Shown here piece after piece: positions 10,688 through 20,865 of a stretch of 64,000 bases of DNA. Under the pieces are notes generated by a model. That model saw only the letters and a program-made list of their open reading frames with translations. It was not told the DNA's origin and searched no databases. The DNA is from an uncultured Bacteroidaceae bacterium (GTDB lineage: Bacteria; Bacteroidota; Bacteroidia; Bacteroidales; Bacteroidaceae). How positions within the stretch are numbered: position 1 is the first letter of the stretch; each line of letters opens with the position of its first letter. The stretch spans positions 866 through 64,865 of the forward strand of contig CAZMZC010000011.1 of NCBI GenBank assembly GCA_964570685.1, written 5' to 3'. The position numbers and the translations under genes are program-made.

Positions 10688-10895
10688 GCATTAGCACAAA
10701 TTGATTTCCAGCATAAGGAGAGAGGTTCACATACACCTTTCTCCTTTTCTTTTTTCCACTAAAAAACCTTTGGATATAACAATATGTTATATAACTTTGC
10801 GTTTCAATAACAGATTAAAGCATTGGCTATTTTTGGAAAAGGCAAGTCCAACCACGAATTGTTGCCCGTTGTTTATTATCTAAAAAGGAAAAAGT

Positions 10896-13100
10896 ATGGA
10901 AAGAGTAACCCTATTGCCCACCGAGGCCCTCTACGACGGCTGGATTGACCCGAAGTATATACCTGCAGGAAAAGACAAGTACCACATTCGCAACCGGCAG
11001 TCGCGCCCGCCCAAAGGAGGCTGGCGACACCTACGAAGCGATGAGATAGAGCGATTGGTCAAGAGTGGCAATTCGGCCACCTCGTGGGATACCGTTTGGG
11101 TAACCGATGAGTTCGAGCCACGCATGGTGCGAGACAACAAGTTCTACGGTACCGTGCGCATAGGGCGCGTGAGCAGCGGAGCACTGCAATACCACGATCT
11201 GCGCCTGCCCGTAGGCATCACCAACTCCTCTATCCACTCTTGCGACATCGGCGACAATTGCGCCATACACGACGTACACTACCTGTCGCACTACATCATA
11301 GGGAACCACTGCATGCTATTCAACATCCAGGAGATGGATACCACAGACCATGCAAAGTTCGGAAACGGTGTGGTGAAGGACGGCGAGCCCGAAGATGTGA
11401 GAGTAAAGATTCAAATTATGAACGAAACGGGCGTTCGCTCAGTGATGCCTTTCGACGGCATGATAACTGCCGATGCCTACCTATGGGCCAAATATATTGA
11501 CGACCGCATACTGCAAGAGCGCCTGGCCAACATCACCCAACGTACCGTAGACCATCATAGAGGCTACTATGGAGAGATTGGCGAGCGCTGTATCATCAAG
11601 AACTCAAGCATCATCAAAGATGTGAAGATTGGCACAGACTGCTACATCAAGGGAGCATCCAAGCTGAAAAACATCACCATCAACTCATCCGATAAAGAGC
11701 CTTCGCAGATAGGCGAGAACGTAATCCTTGTCAACGGTATCGTAGGTTACGGCTGCCGCATATTCTACTCGTGCACGGCGGTAAAGTTCATCTTAGGCAA
11801 CAACTCCAACCTCAAGTACGGAGCACGCCTCATCGACTCCATCATGGGCGACAACAGCACCATCTCGTGCTGCGAGGTGCTCAACAACCTCATCTTCCCT
11901 GCCCACGAGCAGCATCACAACAACTCGTTCCTCATCGCTTCGGTCATTATGGGACAGAGCAATATGGCTGCTGGAGCTACCGTCGGCAGCAACCACAACA
12001 GCCGAACCAACGATGGCGAGATTGTGGCCGGACGCGGATTCTGGCCCGGCTTGTGCTCTTCCGTGAAGCATTCCAGCAAGTTTGCCTCATTCACCCTACT
12101 GGCCAAAGGCGACTATCCGGTAGAGATGCACATTCCCCTACCCTTCTCGCTAGTAAACAACAACGTCACCCACGACCGTTTGGAAGTAATTCCAGCCTAC
12201 TGGTGGCTATATAATATGTACGCGCTCGCGCGTAACACGTGGAAATACCAGAACCGCGACCGCCGAGCAACCAAAGTACAAAACATCGAGTTCGACACCT
12301 TTGCCCCCGACACAATGGAGGAGGCTATCGCTGCACGCAAGCTACTGGAGCAGTGGGTAGGAAAAGCCGCCTGCAAAGAGAATCAGGAGCCGAAGACCGT
12401 CAGCCAATACCGAGAAATTGGCCGTCAACTCCTCAACGGCAATCGCCAGCAGGTCGACAGTCTCACCATATTGGGCGAAGGCATGGAGAAGAGTCGCCGC
12501 CCGGTACATATACTCAAAGTCTACGACGCTTACCACGCCTATGGCGATATGCTCATACACTATGCCATGAGCAACGTGATGACCCATTTCGAGAAAGACA
12601 AGGAGGCTGGCAAAGGATGGCTCACGCAACTCTCCACCACACTCTCATCGAAACGGATACGCGAGTGGATCAACCTCGGTGGACAACTTATGATGACATC
12701 GGACCTCGACCGCCTGCGCAGCGACATACGCGAAGGGCGACTCGACACCTGGAAAGCCATACATCGCCGCTACAATGAGATATGGCGCCGCTATCCGACC
12801 GACAAGCTACGCCACGCATACCTCTCGCTATGCTTCGTGTTAGGCACCGACCGTCTCACTCCCGACCTCTGGCTTCAAGCGCTGGCTCACGAAGAGCGCA
12901 TACAACGCCGCATTGCCGAGCAGGTGTACCTCTCGCGCAAGAAGGATCACGACAATCCTTTCCGCCAGCTCACCTGCCGCAATGAAGAAGAGGCGAAAGC
13001 CGTATTCGGAAGCATCGAAGAAAACAGCTTCGTTCGCCAAATACGCGAAGAATGCAACCAGCACCTCGCAACTATTGAGCGACTCAGGACCACAATATAG
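10896..13100 (+). CDS. DUF4954-like protein with left-handed beta-helix (hexapeptide-type) repeats
   Basis: 734 aa. Repeated [LIV]Gxxxx turns, for example IGDNCAIHDVHYLSHYIIGNHCMLFNI and IGERCIIKNSSIIKDVKIGTDCYIKGASKL. The family name is from memory of Bacteroides annotations and is unverified. Confidence 0.65.
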   Translation: MERVTLLPTEALYDGWIDPKYIPAGKDKYHIRNRQSRPPKGGWRHLRSDEIERLVKSGNSATSWDTVWVTDEFEPRMVRDNKFYGTVRIGRVSSGALQYHDLRLPVGITNSSIHSCDIGDNCAIHDVHYLSHYIIGNHCMLFNIQEMDTTDHAKFGNGVVKDGEPEDVRVKIQIMNETGVRSVMPFDGMITADAYLWAKYIDDRILQERLANITQRTVDHHRGYYGEIGERCIIKNSSIIKDVKIGTDCYIKGASKLKNITINSSDKEPSQIGENVILVNGIVGYGCRIFYSCTAVKFILGNNSNLKYGARLIDSIMGDNSTISCCEVLNNLIFPAHEQHHNNSFLIASVIMGQSNMAAGATVGSNHNSRTNDGEIVAGRGFWPGLCSSVKHSSKFASFTLLAKGDYPVEMHIPLPFSLVNNNVTHDRLEVIPAYWWLYNMYALARNTWKYQNRDRRATKVQNIEFDTFAPDTMEEAIAARKLLEQWVGKAACKENQEPKTVSQYREIGRQLLNGNRQQVDSLTILGEGMEKSRRPVHILKVYDAYHAYGDMLIHYAMSNVMTHFEKDKEAGKGWLTQLSTTLSSKRIREWINLGGQLMMTSDLDRLRSDIREGRLDTWKAIHRRYNEIWRRYPTDKLRHAYLSLCFVLGTDRLTPDLWLQALAHEERIQRRIAEQVYLSRKKDHDNPFRQLTCRNEEEAKAVFGSIEENSFVRQIREECNQHLATIERLRTTI

Positions 13101-13128
13101 TGTTTCTGAGCATGCGGGCAATCCTCTA

Positions 13129-15813
13129 TTAATGCTTAACGATCTTGAGCATACGAGGCACTCCGCCCTCCGGCTGCATCACCGACACCAGATAGACTCC
13201 TTGCGCAAGAGAGTCAAGTGAGAGTGTGCACGCCTTGGTACGATTCAGATACACCATCCCACCCGATGTGTCGAAGACCGTAACGACATGCTCGCCAACC
13301 ATATCGCCCAGCGAGAGCGTAGCGCTACCTATATTCCACGAGAGCGATGGAAAGGCCTGTAGAGCATACGTTCGCGAAGTGAATTTTGTATCCATCGACT
13401 CACCCATAAGAGAAGCCAAATATACCTCAAGCGCCGTATAGCCATCAGCATTAAGAACGTTATTATCGGCCAGTGCTGGGTTCAGTCCATGGCTACGCTC
13501 CCAGTCATCGGGCATGCCGTCACCATCCGTATCGGCAGGAACCTCATAGTCCGTCGGGTAAGCATAGAAGCCCTCGGCATCAGTCTCACTATCGATGATA
13601 CCTTTTCCCTTGGTAGCGCCTCCATACGTTGCCTTACCTCCTGCCACATCAGCCACGATGCGCTCTTCCACAGCATCTCGCCGAACAGTACCTACGCGAG
13701 CCAACACATCAGCATAGGCCTCAGCAGCCGTTTGGTAAGCTGTTGCCGCATAGGCATAAGTGTCATAGTCATATTCGCCATAGAGCATCGGCAGTGTCCA
13801 ACGATAGTAGTTGAGTACAGGACGTATGAGCGTGTCGACCCGGCACTGTGCCTTGGTATAGCCTTCAGGAGTGACTATGCCGCTCCAGTTGTCGGCTGTG
13901 ACACTGGCATTGCCGTGCATCACATTACCGTCAATATACCACTGCGAAGGGCCCCACGAAGTGGCACCATCACGTGCTTTCGATGGAGCAATGAAGGTCT
14001 GGCTTGTCGTGTTGGGACCCGGACGATAGTAATTATTGACGAAATTCACTTCATGAGCCGAGTTCAATCCATTATACTCACTGATGTCTGCCGTATTCTC
14101 ACCGCCATAGCAACCCAATGAGCCGCCCCAGTTGTAGTTCACGTTGTTGATATACTCCAGATACACCACATAATCCTCACCACGCGCCCCATTGAATCTG
14201 CAGCTACGCGAGTTGTTATGAGCCAACAGGTTGTGATGGTAAGTTGCGGGCGAACCTCCCCACTGGCATCCGTAGCCTCGAGCTCCCTTGGCATGCCCGG
14301 CATCATAGAGTCCCTCGTGCACAATACTGTACTGCACGGTATGGAAGTGGCTGTCGAAGGCATTCATATTCTCCTCTACCGACCAGCCGAAGTTACAGTG
14401 GTCGAAGATAAAGTTCGAGCAGTTCTCTGCTCCACAGGCATTCTCAGCAATGACATTGCCCGCTGCATCGTGTCCACCGATACGGAAACGGATATTGCGT
14501 ACGATAAAGTTTTGCGAACCACCAAAGTCAACCTTATGGTGCGATATCACGATGCCCAGCCCCGGAGCCGTCTGCCCGGCAAGTGTAAAATCATTGCGTG
14601 CGATGCTCAGTTCCGACTGCAACACGATCTCGCCCGACACGGCAAATACTACCGTCAACGGCTCACCCTTATGTTGATCTAAAGCCCAGCGCAGCGAACC
14701 CTCGCCCGAGTCGTTCAGGTTGGTCACCGTCACCACATTGCCTCCACGCCCTCCCGTAGCATATTGGCCAAACCCTTCAGCTGTAGGGAAAGCCTTGAGC
14801 CGCACGGCCTCATCGCCCGGTGTATCGGGAGTGTCAGGCGTATCGGGAGTATCGGGGACATAGGTCACCTCGCCCACATCGCTCACGGGGTTTTCCCGAG
14901 CATAAGCAGCCTGCTCGGCAGTCACGGGATCGCCATAGATGCGTATCTTATGTATCTTCACCGGCTGCCATTGCGCCTCAGTGTTGATGGGAACATCGAA
15001 GAGCGGATTTCCTGCAGCATCGGTCTGGAAAGTGGTTGTACCCGGGTCACCATCCCAGATACGCCAACGAAGACTCACATCGGACGCATTGATGACATTC
15101 TCCATAAAATATCCCTGGTCGGAGTACACGGTATAGCCATTCTTCTGGCGGTTCGACCCCATCCACACCAAGGGTTTCCATTCACCTTCGCCCACTTTGT
15201 AGTCGCATTTCATTCCGCGCCCCCACGATGAGCTCGACCAGCTCCACTGCACCCTTTCCACATAGGGTATATGGTCTATCTCTATCCATCCGTGCTTACC
15301 GCCATCACGACACAGGTGAGCATATCCGGCCACTCCCTTCGTGGGACGGCCCTTGGCATCATACTCAATCTCATCTTCCAAATAGCGGGTGTGCCCAGGT
15401 TGTTTCCAGTCGTTCTTCTGCGTTGCATTCTCGCCCACGTAGTACTGGCGTGCAAAGGCAGCCGTAGCAGCCGCATAGCCACCATAAGAGTTGCGATTGG
15501 CAAAGGTGACATGGCGGAACAGCAAGGGATAAGTCAGTCCAGACCGCTGTCCATCCTCATAGAGAGGCAGTTCGAGCACTCCGTTATGATACCCGCCCGC
15601 ATCATAGCTCGGGCAGTCGCGGCCTGTAGTAGCCGTCCACGTATCGGGCATATCGGCATCAGAAAAATTCACGTCGAGTATACAAGCATATTTCGTCGTA
15701 TCACTCCATGTCTCTACCACACAAAGTGGGTCATACTGCTGTGCCTGCAAGGCCAAGCAAGCTACAAGGCAAGCCACACTGGCCCCCATTCTCTGCCACA
15801 TCGTTTGCTTCAT
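13129..15813 (-). CDS. secreted pectate-lyase-like (PL1-type) protein with T9SS C-terminal sorting domain
   Basis: 894 aa with a signal peptide and a PDTPDTPDTPDTP linker. Lyase core ...AFPTAEGFGQYATGGRGGNVVTVTNLNDSGEGSLRWAL...IVRNIRFR..., then DTDGDGMPDDWE, and a CTD ending ...GVYLVSVMQPEGGVPRMLKIVKH. Confidence 0.8.
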   Translation of the reverse strand: MKQTMWQRMGASVACLVACLALQAQQYDPLCVVETWSDTTKYACILDVNFSDADMPDTWTATTGRDCPSYDAGGYHNGVLELPLYEDGQRSGLTYPLLFRHVTFANRNSYGGYAAATAAFARQYYVGENATQKNDWKQPGHTRYLEDEIEYDAKGRPTKGVAGYAHLCRDGGKHGWIEIDHIPYVERVQWSWSSSSWGRGMKCDYKVGEGEWKPLVWMGSNRQKNGYTVYSDQGYFMENVINASDVSLRWRIWDGDPGTTTFQTDAAGNPLFDVPINTEAQWQPVKIHKIRIYGDPVTAEQAAYARENPVSDVGEVTYVPDTPDTPDTPDTPGDEAVRLKAFPTAEGFGQYATGGRGGNVVTVTNLNDSGEGSLRWALDQHKGEPLTVVFAVSGEIVLQSELSIARNDFTLAGQTAPGLGIVISHHKVDFGGSQNFIVRNIRFRIGGHDAAGNVIAENACGAENCSNFIFDHCNFGWSVEENMNAFDSHFHTVQYSIVHEGLYDAGHAKGARGYGCQWGGSPATYHHNLLAHNNSRSCRFNGARGEDYVVYLEYINNVNYNWGGSLGCYGGENTADISEYNGLNSAHEVNFVNNYYRPGPNTTSQTFIAPSKARDGATSWGPSQWYIDGNVMHGNASVTADNWSGIVTPEGYTKAQCRVDTLIRPVLNYYRWTLPMLYGEYDYDTYAYAATAYQTAAEAYADVLARVGTVRRDAVEERIVADVAGGKATYGGATKGKGIIDSETDAEGFYAYPTDYEVPADTDGDGMPDDWERSHGLNPALADNNVLNADGYTALEVYLASLMGESMDTKFTSRTYALQAFPSLSWNIGSATLSLGDMVGEHVVTVFDTSGGMVYLNRTKACTLSLDSLAQGVYLVSVMQPEGGVPRMLKIVKH

Positions 15814-15920
15814 TTGTCAAAAATTATTTCGATTGCGCAAATATACACTTTTTTCATATACGATGCCACTCAATGGCGATTAAAAAACAGATACCATTTT
15901 GACAAATACAAAACAATCCT

Positions 15921-15928
15921 TATCTTTG
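15921..15928 (+). promoter_or_regulatory. -7 box (TATCTTTG) upstream of the nan operon
   Basis: TAnnTTTG match about 40 nt upstream of the nanA ATG at 15970. A divergent TATATTTG lies on the minus strand at 15838..15845, before the lyase gene. Confidence 0.5.
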
Positions 15929-15969
15929 CGTCAATCACGAAACAAGTAAACAATAATAAAGAATATACT

Positions 15970-16887
15970 ATGGAAAAGATTATCGGACTTATCGATGCTC
16001 CCTTCACTCCCTTCTACGCCGATGGCGAAGTCAACTACGAACCCATCCCCGCCTATGCCGAGATGCTGCAGAAGAACGGTCTCAAGGGTGTGTTCATCAA
16101 CGGTTCATCGGGCGAGGGCTATATGCTCACCGAAGAGGAGCGCATCAACCTTGCTGAGGTGTGGATGCACGCCGCTCCCAAGGATTTCAAGGTTATCGTA
16201 CATGTGGGCAGTACCTGTGTCAAGAGTGCCCGCCGCCTGGCTGCTCATGCACAGCAGATAGGCGCTTTCGGTATCGGCACCATGGCACCTCCCTTCCCCA
16301 AGATTGGCCGCATCGAGGAGTTGGTGAAGTACTGCGAAGAGATAGCATCGGCGGCTCCCGACCTCCCCTTCTACTACTACCATATCCCAGCCTTCAACGG
16401 TGCCTACTTCTCTATGGTCGACTTCCTCAAGGCGGTCGACGGACGCATCCCCAACTTTGCAGGTATCAAATACACCTTCGAGAGCATCTACGAATACAAC
16501 CAGTGCCGCCTCTACAAGAACGGCAAGTACGACATGCTCCACGGACAAGACGAGACCATACTACCCTCGCTCGCTATGGGTGGAGCACAAGGCGGCATCG
16601 GTGGCACCACCAACTATAACGGATGCAACCTCGTAGGCATCATCGACGCTTGGAACGCGGGCGATATCGAGAAGGCACGCGAACTGCAGAACTTCTCACA
16701 GGAGGTCATCAACGTCATCTGCCACTACCGCGGCAACATCGTGTGCGGCAAGCGCATCATGAAGCTCATCGGACTGGACCTCGGCCCCAACCGTACACCC
16801 TTCCAGAACATGACCGACGAAGAGGAGGCTGCCTGCCGCAAGGAGCTGGAGGCCATCAACTTCTTTGAGCGTTGCAATAAGTTCTAA
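15970..16887 (+). CDS. nanA: N-acetylneuraminate lyase (DHDPS/NAL family)
   Basis: In-frame ATG inside ORF 15271..16887; the upstream part of that ORF overlaps the lyase gene on the other strand. MEKIIGLIDAPFTPFY..., GVFINGSSGEGYMLTEEER, and the Schiff-base lysine context FAGIKYT. Followed by a transporter and an epimerase. Confidence 0.85.
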   Translation: MEKIIGLIDAPFTPFYADGEVNYEPIPAYAEMLQKNGLKGVFINGSSGEGYMLTEEERINLAEVWMHAAPKDFKVIVHVGSTCVKSARRLAAHAQQIGAFGIGTMAPPFPKIGRIEELVKYCEEIASAAPDLPFYYYHIPAFNGAYFSMVDFLKAVDGRIPNFAGIKYTFESIYEYNQCRLYKNGKYDMLHGQDETILPSLAMGGAQGGIGGTTNYNGCNLVGIIDAWNAGDIEKARELQNFSQEVINVICHYRGNIVCGKRIMKLIGLDLGPNRTPFQNMTDEEEAACRKELEAINFFERCNKF

Positions 16888-16899
16888 TCCTCTGCATCT

Positions 16900-19425
16900 A
16901 TGAAGAGACTCCTATTCCTATCATTTGTCCTCTGCTCTATGCTCAGCATGGCGCAGAACCGCGTTACCGTGACTCCCGTAGCCCCTATGAGCGAAGCTGT
17001 CTCCGGGCATTATGCCAGTTGGACAATGGGCCGGTTGGCCACCTACGGAGGATGCAACTTCCCCGATGTGCCTTGCGCCGACGGCGGTCAGAAGGTATAC
17101 TACCCCAAGGCCTACGGAGCCAGCGTACAGGTATCCGGAGGAGCCGTTTACCTTGGTGGCATGGACGCCACCGCTTCGCTCAGCGAATGCATGTTCATCA
17201 ATGCCCAGAATGGTGAGTCCACCCCTATCCCCTCGTTGCCCAAACCCTTGGACAACTTTGCCGCCACCTACCACGACGGCATGATTTGGGTAGCCGGTGG
17301 TCAGAGCAATGGCCTGCCCAACAAAGACATATATGCCCTACCCTATCCTGGCGATGCCAAGGCATGGACTGCCGTTGCCACATTGCCCGACGAATGCCGC
17401 CTGCAGCCCTGCATAGCCGTGCAGACCACCGCCGTGGGCAGCACCCTGTTTGTCTTTGGCGGATACCAGCCCAAGGCCGAGGGGCAAGCAGCCCTCGTGC
17501 ACACCGATGGCGTATACATGCCCATCGCCGCCCTCAAGAAAGGCAATGCCACACAATGGAAGCGCACAGCACCAGCGGTTGTCAACATTAACGAAAACGA
17601 AAACGTTAACGAAAACAACCATCCTAAGGCAATTCAGAATTCATATCACGCTATCGTAGGCAGCACCTGCACTCCCATAGGATACAGCCACGTACTCTTC
17701 TTTGGCGGAGTCGACCACGACATCTTCCTCAGCGCCATCAGCGGCCAGCAAGACAGTCTGTATCTGCGTCACCAGCCCGAGTGGTACCGTTTCCGCAAGG
17801 ATGTGCTCACCTACCACACCATCACCGACTCGTGGGGTCTCCTGCCTGGCGATGAGTTGCTGGCTCGTGCCGGTGCCTGCCTCACTCCCGAGGTGGGAGG
17901 CAAAGGGTGGAGCTATAGCGGAGGCGAACTGATGCCGGGTGTGCGCACCACAGATGTATCACACATCGAGGTCACCAACGACAAGAGTTTCGGCTGGCTC
18001 AACTGGGCCGTGCTCATCTTCTACCTCGTAGCCATGCTGCTCATGGGATTCTACTTCATGCGCAAGGAGAAGGGTGCCGACGACTTCTTCAAGGGCGGCG
18101 GACGCATCCCTTGGTGGGCAGCAGGTATCAGTATCTATGCCACCATGCTCTCGGCCATCACCTATATGACCATCCCTGCCAAGGCCTACACCACCAACTG
18201 GACCTACTACCCCATGCTGTGGATGATACTGCTCATCAGCTTCCCCGTCATCAAGTACTATCTCCCCTACTTCCGCAAACTCAACGTCACCAGTGCCTAT
18301 GAGATACTGGAGCAGCGCTTCAACCTCTTCACCCGCCTACTGGCCTCCACGCTCTTCTGCATATTCATGATTGTGCGTATGGCCATCGTGCTCTACCTGC
18401 CCTCGCTGGCCCTCACTGCCGTGACAGGCATCGACATCTACCTATGTATCGTGCTCATGGGCCTAGTCACCATCATCTATTGCACCATGGGCGGTGTAGA
18501 AGCCGTAATTTGGGGCGATGTAGTGCAGGGTCTCATCCTAGTCTTCGGAGCCCTCTTCGCCGTGGTATACCTCGCAGTCAACACCGAGGGCGGAGTGATG
18601 GGCTGCATCGAGATAGCGTTAGAGAACGACAAGCTGCGTCTGTTCGACTGGAGCAACTCCTGGTCGCAAGCCTGCTGGTGGGTCATCATCATCGGTGGCT
18701 TGGCCAATAACCTCATCTCCTACACCTCCGACCAGACCGTTATCCAGCGCTACCTCACCACACCCGACGAGAAGTCTGCCGGCCGTGGCATTCTCGTCAA
18801 CGGTTTGATGAGCGTGTTCGTATCCGTAGCCTTCTATATGATTGGTACCGGGCTTTACACCTTCTACAAGACCCACCCCACAGAGTTGGATGTCACCATG
18901 GGGCAGTCCGACGCCATATTCCCCTTCTTCATGATGAGCCAGATGCCTGCCGGCGTGGCTGGCGCCTTGATTGCCGCTATCTTTGCCGCTACCATGAGCA
19001 CCATATCCAGCAATATCAACAGTGTAGCTACGGCCTTCTCCATCGACTTCTGGAAACGATTCCGCCGCACTACCGACTCACAGCTCGTTGTCGTAGCTCG
19101 CTGGGCCTCCGTGGTGAGTGGTATGGTAGGCCTGCTCCTCGCCCTGTTCATGGCCACGTGGAATATCCAGTCGTTCCTCGACTTCTTCAACGAAGCCTTG
19201 GGCCTGCTCACCAGCGGCTTGGGTGGCCTGTTCTTCATCGCCGTATTCATGAAACGCGTCAAGGGCTATGCCGCCCTCATCGGTTTCGTGGTGGGCGAAG
19301 CCGTAGTATTCTGGATGAGCGAGTGCACCGATGCCAACTTCTTCCTCTTCGGAGCCACAGGCATGGTAGTGAGCATCGTAGTGGCATGGCTACTCTCGCT
19401 CGGCTCCTACTTTAAGAAAAGATAG
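16900..19425 (+). CDS. fusion protein: N-terminal Kelch/NanM-like mutarotase domain plus sodium:solute symporter (putative sialate transporter)
   Basis: 841 aa with a signal peptide. About 370 aa carry repeated Kelch-type ...GG... blades (VYLGGMD, IWVAGGQSNG, LFVFGGY, VLFFGGVD). These are followed by an SSS-type multi-TM domain (...GGGRIPWWAAGISIYATMLSAITYM...). Confidence 0.85.
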   Translation: MKRLLFLSFVLCSMLSMAQNRVTVTPVAPMSEAVSGHYASWTMGRLATYGGCNFPDVPCADGGQKVYYPKAYGASVQVSGGAVYLGGMDATASLSECMFINAQNGESTPIPSLPKPLDNFAATYHDGMIWVAGGQSNGLPNKDIYALPYPGDAKAWTAVATLPDECRLQPCIAVQTTAVGSTLFVFGGYQPKAEGQAALVHTDGVYMPIAALKKGNATQWKRTAPAVVNINENENVNENNHPKAIQNSYHAIVGSTCTPIGYSHVLFFGGVDHDIFLSAISGQQDSLYLRHQPEWYRFRKDVLTYHTITDSWGLLPGDELLARAGACLTPEVGGKGWSYSGGELMPGVRTTDVSHIEVTNDKSFGWLNWAVLIFYLVAMLLMGFYFMRKEKGADDFFKGGGRIPWWAAGISIYATMLSAITYMTIPAKAYTTNWTYYPMLWMILLISFPVIKYYLPYFRKLNVTSAYEILEQRFNLFTRLLASTLFCIFMIVRMAIVLYLPSLALTAVTGIDIYLCIVLMGLVTIIYCTMGGVEAVIWGDVVQGLILVFGALFAVVYLAVNTEGGVMGCIEIALENDKLRLFDWSNSWSQACWWVIIIGGLANNLISYTSDQTVIQRYLTTPDEKSAGRGILVNGLMSVFVSVAFYMIGTGLYTFYKTHPTELDVTMGQSDAIFPFFMMSQMPAGVAGALIAAIFAATMSTISSNINSVATAFSIDFWKRFRRTTDSQLVVVARWASVVSGMVGLLLALFMATWNIQSFLDFFNEALGLLTSGLGGLFFIAVFMKRVKGYAALIGFVVGEAVVFWMSECTDANFFLFGATGMVVSIVVAWLLSLGSYFKKR
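17584..17620 (+). repeat. In-frame AACGAA/AACGTT word repeat inside the Kelch domain
   Basis: aacattaacgaaaacgaaaacgttaacgaaaacaacc encodes NINENENVNENN. The word content matches the intergenic CGTTAA repeat family. Confidence 0.8.
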
Positions 19426-19430
19426 CTATA

Positions 19431-19494
19431 ATCCTTAGAAAACACCTAGAAATCCCTAGGATATCCTAGAGTATCCTAGAAAATCCTAGCCCCA
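19431..19494. repeat. ~10-nt ATCCTAGA word repeat (5-6 units) between the symporter and epimerase genes
   Basis: atccttagaaaacacctagaaatccctaggatatcctagagtatcctagaaaatcctagcccc. Confidence 0.85.
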
Positions 19495-19508
19495 ATAAAA
19501 AAAACACT

Positions 19509-20684
19509 ATGATCGACTTCAAACAACTATCCCAGCAATACAAGAGTGAGCTCCTCGATAGAGTGATGCCCTTCTGGATGGAAAAGAGTATAGACACCAA
19601 GTTTGGCGGCTACTTCACCTGCCTTGAGCGCGACGGCGAGGTATTCGACACCGACAAGTTCATCTGGCTCCAAGGCCGCGAGGTATGGATGCTTGCCACC
19701 TTATACAATAAGGTAGAGCAGCGGCAAGAGTGGCTCGACGCCGCTATACAGGGAGCAGAGTTTCTCAAGCGATATGGCCACGACGGCAACCTTAACTGGT
19801 ACTTCGCCCTCGACCGTGAGGGACACCCACTCGTAGAGCCCTACAACATCTTCTCCTACACGTTTGCCGTCATCGCCTTCGGCCAGCTCTCCATCGCCAC
19901 AGGCAACACAGAGTATGCCGACATAGCCAAGAAGACCTTTGACATCGTGCTCTCCAAGGCAGACAACCCCAAGGGACGCTGGTCAAAGGCATCGCCCGGA
20001 GCACGCTCACTCAAGAGCTTTTCCCTGCCCATGATCCTGTGCAACGTGGCACTCGAGATTGAACCACTCTTGGAGAAAGACTTCCTCGACAAGACCATCG
20101 AGACCTGCGTGCACGAGGTGATGGACGTATTCTACCGCCCCGAGCTGGGCCTCATCGTAGAGCACCTGGGCACCGACAACCAGCTGGTAGACTGCATGAA
20201 CGGGCGCCTGCTCAACCCCGGACACGCCATCGAGGCCATGTGGTTCATCATGGACCTCGGCAAGCGCCTTGGCGACCAGGCACTGATAGAGAAAGCCGTG
20301 AAGATAGCCCTGGCCGAGGTGGAATATGGCTGGGACAAGCAGTATGGCGGCATCTTCTACTTCATGGATCGCCTGGGCCGTCCGCTCCAGCAGCTCGAGT
20401 GGGACCAGAAGCTGTGGTGGGTACACATCGAGACCCTCATCACCATGATCAAGGGCTACGAGCTCACGGGCAATGCCGAGTGTCTGGAATGGTTTGAGCG
20501 CGTACACGACTACGTGTGGAGCCACTTCATGGACCCCGAGTATCCCGAATGGTACGGCTACCTCAACCGTCGTGGCGAAGTGCTGCTCACTCTCAAGGGC
20601 GGCAAGTGGAAGGGTTGCTTCCACGTACCCCGTGGCCTCATGCAGGTGTACCAGTCACTGGAGCGCATTGCCACTAAGGGCTAA
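19509..20684 (+). CDS. N-acylglucosamine 2-epimerase (AGE family; Bacteroides-type NanE)
   Basis: 391 aa with an alpha/alpha-barrel AGE signature region (...DTDKFIWLQGREVWML..., ...GGIFYFMD..., ...KLWWVHIETL...). Directly follows nanA and the transporter. Confidence 0.88.
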   Translation: MIDFKQLSQQYKSELLDRVMPFWMEKSIDTKFGGYFTCLERDGEVFDTDKFIWLQGREVWMLATLYNKVEQRQEWLDAAIQGAEFLKRYGHDGNLNWYFALDREGHPLVEPYNIFSYTFAVIAFGQLSIATGNTEYADIAKKTFDIVLSKADNPKGRWSKASPGARSLKSFSLPMILCNVALEIEPLLEKDFLDKTIETCVHEVMDVFYRPELGLIVEHLGTDNQLVDCMNGRLLNPGHAIEAMWFIMDLGKRLGDQALIEKAVKIALAEVEYGWDKQYGGIFYFMDRLGRPLQQLEWDQKLWWVHIETLITMIKGYELTGNAECLEWFERVHDYVWSHFMDPEYPEWYGYLNRRGEVLLTLKGGKWKGCFHVPRGLMQVYQSLERIATKG

Positions 20685-20865
20685 GATCTATTGGTTAAGG
20701 ATGACTGATAAGAGCCTCCTGCACACATATCACGACAACACCCGAGCAATAGTTTTTACCATCAAAACAACAGTTTTCGAGAAGTAGAGCTACATAATCT
20801 TCGAAAATTCAGTTTTTTTCAGTAATTTTGCACCGATTATTGTTATAGTAGAAAAAAGTGCGATT

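Noticed and set aside
15271-15969. N-terminal 233-codon extension of the nanA ORF in the ORF track.
   Set aside because: It overlaps the 5' part of the lyase gene on the opposite strand and the promoter region. Homology-like sequence (MEKIIGLIDAPFTPFY...) begins at the ATG at 15970, about 40 nt after a TATCTTTG box.
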